From Nitrosococcus oceani ATCC 19707 (GTDB lineage Bacteria; Pseudomonadota; Gammaproteobacteria; Nitrosococcales; Nitrosococcaceae): 32,000 nucleotides of DNA. Both the position numbers and the translations under genes were made by a program. Shown in pieces: positions 20,057-26,621 of this stretch (positions within the stretch are counted from its first letter, which is position 1; each line of letters opens with the position of its first letter). The stretch lies in NCBI RefSeq assembly GCF_000012805.1, contig NC_007484.1:2010001-2042000 (forward strand), read 5' to 3'. Under the pieces are notes generated by a model. The model ran no database searches. It was not told the origin of the DNA and worked only from the letters and a program-made list of their open reading frames with translations.

Positions 20057-21577
20057 CTAAAAGGTTTTCATGTATTCGACAATGGCTTCTTTTTGCATTC
20101 CGCTCAGGAAAGTGCCATAAGCCTCGCCTTCATGGCCAGCATTAGAATTTCCCTCTACCTGGGTAACGAATTTAAAAAATTCATGGCCATCTTCCTTGGC
20201 GATATCCGAGATAAAACCTACCTTTTTCCAGTCATAGACGTTATAACCCCGATAGAACACCTTCGGCCGATTCTCTACGGGCTCCAACAAATCCCGCAGT
20301 GTCGGCACCGAACCGTTATGCAAATAGGGCGCCCGTAACCAGAGACCATCCAAGGGCATATTGGCGTAGCCATTGGTTTTGCGAAAATTTTTAAAACGCC
20401 AGGGATAACCCACATAGAGAGTATTTTGATTAACAGATAATAGCTCGGTATAGGAATTAAGACGTCCCGGATCAGTACCAATATCCGTTATAGACTCTAC
20501 CTCTCCCAACCGCGAAAACTGCCCGGTATCAAATAGGTACTGACCTCCTTCTTGCATGCCATGGCACTGGGCGCAATATTGGGTATAGAGCTGTTTGCCT
20601 TCAGCCGCTTTAGCCGGGTCGATCGGCTCAGGATAAGCCGGAGGTTTGAAATCCCACAACCAGTCTTCAATACGCTTAAGCCGTTCCAGATCAATCGTAA
20701 CCGGCGTCACCCCTGCACCCAAGGCAGCACTTTTATTACGTTCCTGAACGGAAGGGTTATTCCCGTCCCAGTGGAGGTACATTCCTTCCCGTGGCCGTTG
20801 ATTCCAAATGGAAGGATAATCGGCTGGACCAATTAACTCCTCTTCGGGTAATTTATCCATGGGAAAATTAAACTGGATAGCTTTATAAGGATTAAAGGTA
20901 TCCACCCGACCGGGTCCCCAGGGATATTGGCGATCAAGAAAATTTAGTTGCTGCCCTAATTCAAATAGCGCGGCCCGCACTCGGTCCACGATAAAATAGC
21001 GATAGGCCACTTTCTCGATGGGATCGAGATTACCGCCCATTTCCTCGATCTTCGCCATGACATTTTTCGAGGTAAAGCGATTATCCAAAGCCATCTCTCT
21101 CAAGAACTGGATAAATAAGTACAATCTAAAATCATTGGCGGGCATTCCCGAAATTATCCGTGCTTCACTATCCTTTGTTTTCCTCAGGGTGCCAGTATGA
21201 CAAACCGCGCAGTTCAACCACACCCGGTCAATCCCTGTCACCCGGCGTTGCGACACGCCAATGGGCAAATCGCGGCCTTCCTCGTAAATAAACCCGAAGG
21301 AGGCATACCCTCCCTTGCCTGGAAACTTCTCGGGAAACATCTCCGGAAGCACTTTCCAAACCCAATAGGGCAGCCCATTGACAGGCTCGCTGCCAATAGA
21401 GCCATATTTGAAATGTTCCTCGATAGCCTCGTAGTCCACCGGTTTTTCAGGAACGAAACGGACAATGAGATAGCCAGCAATGACAACGATAATGCCGATT
21501 ATCAAGAGACTAAAAATACCCCGTGGCTTCCTGGAATTTTTGGTCTTGGACGTTGATTGCCTCTGTTGCGTGGCCAT
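20057..21577 (-). CDS. Membrane-anchored dihaem c-type cytochrome, CCP/MauG-like (paralogue B)
   Basis: It aligns with paralogue A along its full length (FKYGSIGSEPVNGLPYWVWKVLPEMFPE; NCAVCHTG; YCAQCHGM; LRAPYLHNGSVPTLRDLL). It has an N-terminal TM helix (IFSLLIIGIIVVIAGYLIV). I prefer ATG 21577 over the TTG at 21598. Confidence 0.8.
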   Translation of the reverse strand: MATQQRQSTSKTKNSRKPRGIFSLLIIGIIVVIAGYLIVRFVPEKPVDYEAIEEHFKYGSIGSEPVNGLPYWVWKVLPEMFPEKFPGKGGYASFGFIYEEGRDLPIGVSQRRVTGIDRVWLNCAVCHTGTLRKTKDSEARIISGMPANDFRLYLFIQFLREMALDNRFTSKNVMAKIEEMGGNLDPIEKVAYRYFIVDRVRAALFELGQQLNFLDRQYPWGPGRVDTFNPYKAIQFNFPMDKLPEEELIGPADYPSIWNQRPREGMYLHWDGNNPSVQERNKSAALGAGVTPVTIDLERLKRIEDWLWDFKPPAYPEPIDPAKAAEGKQLYTQYCAQCHGMQEGGQYLFDTGQFSRLGEVESITDIGTDPGRLNSYTELLSVNQNTLYVGYPWRFKNFRKTNGYANMPLDGLWLRAPYLHNGSVPTLRDLLEPVENRPKVFYRGYNVYDWKKVGFISDIAKEDGHEFFKFVTQVEGNSNAGHEGEAYGTFLSGMQKEAIVEYMKTF

Positions 21578-21601
21578 GTCAATCAATGCTCCGTACAAAA
21601 A

Positions 21602-21769
21602 TCAAAATAACGCGATCAATAGGAAAAAAAGGATGATAACCAGGGCAAGCATTCCTAATCGCTTTCGGGCCTTTAACTCATATTGATCCACGGGACTCTC
21701 CCGGACCCCATCCTCAATCGTTTGATCCTTCGCGGCAGTTTGGACCATTTTAATTTTAGCGTTATTCAT
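21602..21769 (-). CDS. 55-aa single-pass membrane protein (not in the ORF track)
   Basis: My own translation: MNNAKIKMVQTAAKDQTIEDGVRESPVDQYELKARKRLGMLALVIILFFLLIALF-stop. AAGAAGGG lies 6 nt upstream of the ATG at 21769. The ORF fills the gap between the OYE gene and paralogue B. It has a C-terminal TM helix preceded by a KARKR positive patch. Confidence 0.4.
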   Translation of the reverse strand: MNNAKIKMVQTAAKDQTIEDGVRESPVDQYELKARKRLGMLALVIILFFLLIALF

Positions 21770-21811
21770 GGGTAACCCTTCTTATAAATTTACAATAAGA
21801 TCCTATGTAAA

Positions 21812-23137
21812 CTAATGAAAAGGAGGCGGATCATAAACAGTCATCACCTCTCTAATCATGGCGTCATGATCATTGCCATACCTGCGCACATCGTAGCAAC
21901 CCAGAGGGTTAGCCGGCGCATTGAGGAGACATCTATTGCAAAACGAGCAAGGTTTTTCAGGCAAATCCTTACCCTCTTCTAAGACCTTGGGCAAATCATT
22001 ATTAGCAATCAGTGGACGGGCAATGGCCACCCCATCACAGTATCCCTCGGAAATCACTTTCCGGATCAGCTTACCGTCCTGATAACCCCCGGTATTAAGG
22101 ACTGGAATAGTGACGCTGTCTTTAACCTGCTTACACAGCTCGGCGCTGACTCCCTCGATGGGGTACTTCTTCTTGGTGCGATTCCAGAGCCAAAGAAATA
22201 GTGGTCTCAAGATCTTGAAATGGAAGACCGTATAATTCATGTACCCGCGCACGCCGCTTGAAGCCATGCTCCCGTACCACCAATTCGTTTCATCCAAGGG
22301 GAAGCCCCCTGGTGGGACCAAGGGATGGGGAAAGAGGCTACCCGCCGAAACATGTAATCCATCCGTGCCCGCTTCTTCTACCCATTTGCAAATCTGGACA
22401 TATTCCTCCGGCTTGTTACCCCATTTCTCCCAGGGATAGAGGGCATTGTTTTCATCCACAATATTGATCTTTACCTGGAGATGATAGTCGTCCCCCACTT
22501 CCTTACGGATGGCATGAATCACATCCAAAAGAAAACGGGCCCGATTCTCTAATGAACCTCCATACTCATCCTTGCGGTCGTTAATGCCGGAGCTTAAAAA
22601 CTGAGTAAAGAGATAGCCGTGGGAAGCGTGCAGTTCCACTCCATCTAGGCCCGCTTCCCGGGCCCGGCGCGCGCTATCGGCAAAATGCTGGATAGTCTGC
22701 TTAATCTCTCCCAAGGTCATGGCCTGACAGAGCAGGCCATGAAACGTATCCATATTGCCGGTTGAAGACAATCCCTTATTCATCAAGTTCTCAACGCCAG
22801 GAACATCCCGCTGGCGTCCAGAATGACTCAACTGCACGATAAACTTGCAGTCATATTCATGAACTTTTTCCCCCACCTTACGCCAAAAGGGAATCTTGTC
22901 ATCACCATCAATCATGGCGTAATTAGGCATGATGCGGCCCCGGATATGAACCGGCGCAAAAGAAGAGATGATGGCGCCTACGCCGCCCCGGGCAAATTTC
23001 TCCTCCCAGTTAATGCGCGCTTGGGTTCCCGAGCCATTGTAATTGTCCCAGCGGCCGGAAATACTGGAACGGAAGAGCCGGTTTTTGACAGTTAAGTTTT
23101 TAAACGCGAGAGGCTGAAAAATGATATCGTTTTCCAT
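21812..23137 (-). CDS. Old Yellow Enzyme-family FMN oxidoreductase with a 4Fe-4S Cys motif (FadH/TMADH-type N-terminal module only)
   Basis: OYE TIM-barrel blocks are present (FKNLTVKNRLFRSS, GGVGAIIS, FIVQLSHSGRQ, DGVELHASHGYLFTQFLS). A C-terminal motif CSFCNRCLLNAPANPLGC has the spacing C-x2-C-x2-C-x10-C. The protein ends at 441 aa. Confidence 0.85.
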   Translation of the reverse strand: MENDIIFQPLAFKNLTVKNRLFRSSISGRWDNYNGSGTQARINWEEKFARGGVGAIISSFAPVHIRGRIMPNYAMIDGDDKIPFWRKVGEKVHEYDCKFIVQLSHSGRQRDVPGVENLMNKGLSSTGNMDTFHGLLCQAMTLGEIKQTIQHFADSARRAREAGLDGVELHASHGYLFTQFLSSGINDRKDEYGGSLENRARFLLDVIHAIRKEVGDDYHLQVKINIVDENNALYPWEKWGNKPEEYVQICKWVEEAGTDGLHVSAGSLFPHPLVPPGGFPLDETNWWYGSMASSGVRGYMNYTVFHFKILRPLFLWLWNRTKKKYPIEGVSAELCKQVKDSVTIPVLNTGGYQDGKLIRKVISEGYCDGVAIARPLIANNDLPKVLEEGKDLPEKPCSFCNRCLLNAPANPLGCYDVRRYGNDHDAMIREVMTVYDPPPFH

Positions 23138-23149
23138 GGCCCGAACTCC

Positions 23150-25321
23150 CTATAAAAGCTTCAGATACTCAATCAATGCCCACTTCTCCTCATCTGAAAG
23201 GCAGGCTATCTTTTCATCGGAGGAATCGCGGCAGATGTGGGTATTGTGTCCCTTATCCTCGACAAAATCGGGGATCTGGTTATAGCGCAATAATTTAGGG
23301 ACCAACTTTTTCAATTCATCGTCAAATTGCTCCTGACCCTTCAGGGCTTTCACCAGCTTCACCAAGCGAGCCGGATCCTTTAATGCTTCCCTTAAATCCC
23401 CGAGCAATTCTTTTTTCTCCACGGCTCTGCTTAAATCCATGTTGGCCAGAAGTTTGATGGGCGTGCCTGCCGGAACCCGAACCTCTAGGGAACGGAACCG
23501 TAAATAAGAATCCACTGGGGTCACTTTAATAGAATCAGGCCCCAGACGTTTCTCCGGCCAAAGCAATTTTTCGGCTGCATCCATGAAGGCATCCACTCGC
23601 CCTTTGACGGAAGGATCGTGATTGTAGATTCCCAGCATATTGTTGTGTAGGAGAGGCGCGGTTGCCCACACGCTGATCAAGGAGGGAGTACGGTAATAGC
23701 CGCGACCGCCGGCCGGAAATTCATATTGAATAGGCTTATCGGCATTAAAGGGATTGTAGAGCGCAACCTTGCCTACCGAGGGCAGTTCTTTATAGGTCTT
23801 GGAGGAGAAGTTCTGCCAGACATGGCCCTCGGTTGCATTAGAGGCTACCGCCCTGGCGGCATTGGTGCCAATGGCAATACTAGGATCATCCGAGTAAAGT
23901 GGATAACGTCGGTCATCCGAGAGAAAATTTCTTTTCAGAAAATCATCGCTCATGACCAGTTTCACCCAGTCATCCTTAGCCGCTTCGGAATGTTTTTTCA
24001 TTCCTTCATGGGTATAGCCTTCCGGCAATTTGCTGGAATGGCAACGGGCACAATATTGCGCAAATACCTTTTTACCTAAATTCAGTTTCTCCCCATCCTT
24101 AGTTAAATATTCCTCGCCGCCTGGGGCGTCCTTAAGTTTAAAGGGAGGAGGAGAATTCAGAAACGCAGCGGCATCATCCATCCGTGCGGCAGTCAAACGC
24201 CAGTCCTCGCATTCTGCTTCTGCTTTTTCCAAATCGAATGGGCGTTGGGGCTTAATGCCGAGGAAAGTATCGTCGACACTCATCCGGTGGTCGCCGCACG
24301 TGCCGATATTAACGTAAACCCGCAACGCCGCGCCGCCTGCGCCAACGGAATCGGAGCCATCCTTTAGAACATGGGGCACCTTCCTGGTGGCGCCATCATT
24401 CATCACCTCTTCATAAGTGGGCCGGGCCGAGGTAATGTAAAAAATAGAGTTGATGGCATTGGGGTTATCAATAAAATCCATACTGATGCGGGAAGTATCG
24501 GAAGTACCCGCGGGCTGTTTGGCATAAACCCAATAGAGAAAATCTTCCTTCTTTAGCCCTTGCCCAAATAGCGCCCCTTCCTTGATATACTGATTACCAA
24601 ACGCCCCGGCAAAATTTTCCCATTCAGGATGCTCGGGATCTTCTGGCGGATTAACCGGATTGAAGGCAATATGGCAAATACCACACGTCAATCCCGTTAA
24701 ATAAGGGGGTTCGATGGTGGCATCTTCCTCCAAATATTTCTGGGTATCCCATTTCTCGGGATCAAAGTTCTGATTAGGGAATAGGCGAAGACCCATTACG
24801 CCACTCGAGTAGGGGTCCTTGCATTCATCGAGCCATAAACCATAGGCATCGGGCTCGCTTGCTTTTTTACAATCGGGATCATTGATGACCCCAAATCGCT
24901 CGAAACGCTCATCCCGCACTCGCGAGTCCAGAAAGGCTATAAAATTAAGGTTAACTTGAAGACCGCTGACCTTGGCGATCTTCCAGGTACGGGCCTCAGC
25001 TTCGCGCCAGAAATGAGGATTTCCTCCCCCATTGGATTGGGAGGGATTTTCTCCCATGGGATCACCACCCACCCACAAATACCAGGTGCAAGCGCCCCGT
25101 TTTTCTTCCGCGGTGAGATCATAGCCATAGTGATAAGGGTCCAAATAACCGGGAATACCCGCGCATTCCTTATCGTAGCCGGCAAAACGATACTCAAAAG
25201 GTTTAGGGTATGAAGAATCCTGGGATGCCGGACTTCTCGGCTCCGGCTGGCTATCACATCCGCCTATTATCACGGCAAGGATCGCAATAGGACAAACCAA
25301 TAACGTATTTATCTTTTTCAT
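23150..25321 (-). CDS. Large dihaem c-type cytochrome lipoprotein, RoxA/CCP-like
   Basis: It has a lipobox (AVIIGGCDS). The haem motifs are C213-GICH and C424-ARCH (my count). The first is followed by IAFNPVNPPEDPEHPEWENF. A degenerate CCP-like block WATAPLLHNNMLG is also present. Confidence 0.75.
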   Translation of the reverse strand: MKKINTLLVCPIAILAVIIGGCDSQPEPRSPASQDSSYPKPFEYRFAGYDKECAGIPGYLDPYHYGYDLTAEEKRGACTWYLWVGGDPMGENPSQSNGGGNPHFWREAEARTWKIAKVSGLQVNLNFIAFLDSRVRDERFERFGVINDPDCKKASEPDAYGLWLDECKDPYSSGVMGLRLFPNQNFDPEKWDTQKYLEEDATIEPPYLTGLTCGICHIAFNPVNPPEDPEHPEWENFAGAFGNQYIKEGALFGQGLKKEDFLYWVYAKQPAGTSDTSRISMDFIDNPNAINSIFYITSARPTYEEVMNDGATRKVPHVLKDGSDSVGAGGAALRVYVNIGTCGDHRMSVDDTFLGIKPQRPFDLEKAEAECEDWRLTAARMDDAAAFLNSPPPFKLKDAPGGEEYLTKDGEKLNLGKKVFAQYCARCHSSKLPEGYTHEGMKKHSEAAKDDWVKLVMSDDFLKRNFLSDDRRYPLYSDDPSIAIGTNAARAVASNATEGHVWQNFSSKTYKELPSVGKVALYNPFNADKPIQYEFPAGGRGYYRTPSLISVWATAPLLHNNMLGIYNHDPSVKGRVDAFMDAAEKLLWPEKRLGPDSIKVTPVDSYLRFRSLEVRVPAGTPIKLLANMDLSRAVEKKELLGDLREALKDPARLVKLVKALKGQEQFDDELKKLVPKLLRYNQIPDFVEDKGHNTHICRDSSDEKIACLSDEEKWALIEYLKLL

Positions 25322-25780
25322 TGGCCTTTCTCCACTTGGCCGAAGTATCCCTTCGGGAGGAACGGAAGTTATGCCTGTTGCTAAGGAAGGACTGTATGTT
25401 TAATAGGCTTTATCCTGATGTAATTTTTTTAACAACTTTGGTGTGATTTATTAATTTATTAAAGCGTAATTTGAATGCCTATTCTCAGCACCATAAAGAC
25501 AATTTGATATTTATTGTATTAGACCAGGGTAGAGGCAGATACAATAGGTAAAAATACCTATTCTAGCGATGCCAAAAAATTTATTTTAAAAGTGAATAAA
25601 ACGTTTTCTTTAGGGAAGGAAGAAGGCAGGAATTTAATACTATAAGAAGTTATAACACAGGATGGTTGAAGGCGTTTTTTACAAGAAAAAATGCCTAAAA
25701 GATAGGGGCGTAAAAATACCTCTTTTATGACTTCAAAAGTTAAGCCAACAAGGAATAAATTCTAGGCGAGTGAAAGAATT

Positions 25781-26590
25781 CTACTCCAAAATAGAATACT
25801 GAGGCGCCTCGCTGGACTTAAGCTCCCTAGCAATAAATCTATAGACTGATTCTGAATATTTATATCCTCCATGGGAGTCGATAACCTGCCTGCAGTTGAT
25901 TACTTTAACATTCGGAGAATGGGTCATGATCAGCGCCGGGTCTTCAGGCCCGGAATATCCTAGCGCACGGTCCCACTCCGCGCCTTTGAAGGCGAACCGC
26001 AGCACCTTGTCATGTCTTGAATGGAAAACATACACACTATCGCAGGCTTTGGTGGAGGAAAAATATTCTCTTGAATATTGAATTGACTCATCCTCAACGG
26101 CCGAAGCCATGCTATATAAGTTATGCAGCCTAGCGGTGGTGTCCATCCTTAAAGCAGACAAAATTACCCGAGTACCCATGCTATGGTCCATGACATCGAT
26201 AGCCTGGGTCACCTTGGTCAGTTCAGCAAGCCAGCGGGCGACCCGCGGCGCCACGGCTCCGGCCCGTCTCCTTGCTTTATAATAGTTCAGTGGTTCCGAT
26301 CCGCCAGGCCAGGTATAACCGACAATGTCATCATAATTTCCTTTTAAGTAACGGTGTACATTATCTTGAATAATCGAGTATGCCCGGCAAACATCATCTG
26401 CTTCATTGTTATATCCGTGGATGAGAAGCAACAGCCGCTTGTCCTTCATCATATCAAAGAAAATGGCTTCTTCTATGAGAGGGGAATCAACCGCTGGATC
26501 GGGATCATCCAATACCACATCCTTGATTTGATCTTTATTAGACAATCTTTCGCCAGCCCAGAAATTTTCTCGAGAGCTCATCATATACAT
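25781..26590 (-). CDS. Alpha/beta hydrolase, DUF900-like, with no signal peptide
   Basis: It has an LLLLIHGYNNEADD strand-turn, a nucleophile elbow (VMDHSMGTRV), and later FHSRHDKVL and DSHGGY, which are candidate acid and His residues. It starts 31 nt downstream of the phosphoesterase gene stop. Confidence 0.7.
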   Translation of the reverse strand: MYMMSSRENFWAGERLSNKDQIKDVVLDDPDPAVDSPLIEEAIFFDMMKDKRLLLLIHGYNNEADDVCRAYSIIQDNVHRYLKGNYDDIVGYTWPGGSEPLNYYKARRRAGAVAPRVARWLAELTKVTQAIDVMDHSMGTRVILSALRMDTTARLHNLYSMASAVEDESIQYSREYFSSTKACDSVYVFHSRHDKVLRFAFKGAEWDRALGYSGPEDPALIMTHSPNVKVINCRQVIDSHGGYKYSESVYRFIARELKSSEAPQYSILE

Positions 26591-26621
26591 GGCGATTCTC
26601 CTTGGGTATATCCAGGAAACG

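Noticed and set aside
25671-25695. AT-rich inverted repeat GGCGTTTTTT-ACAAG-AAAAAATGCC in the 460-bp spacer, plus a repeated TAAAAATACCT motif
   Set aside because: The stem is almost all A-T and therefore weak, and in AT-rich DNA the repeated 11-mer could occur by chance. It is a plausible terminator or operator, but this cannot be supported from sequence alone.
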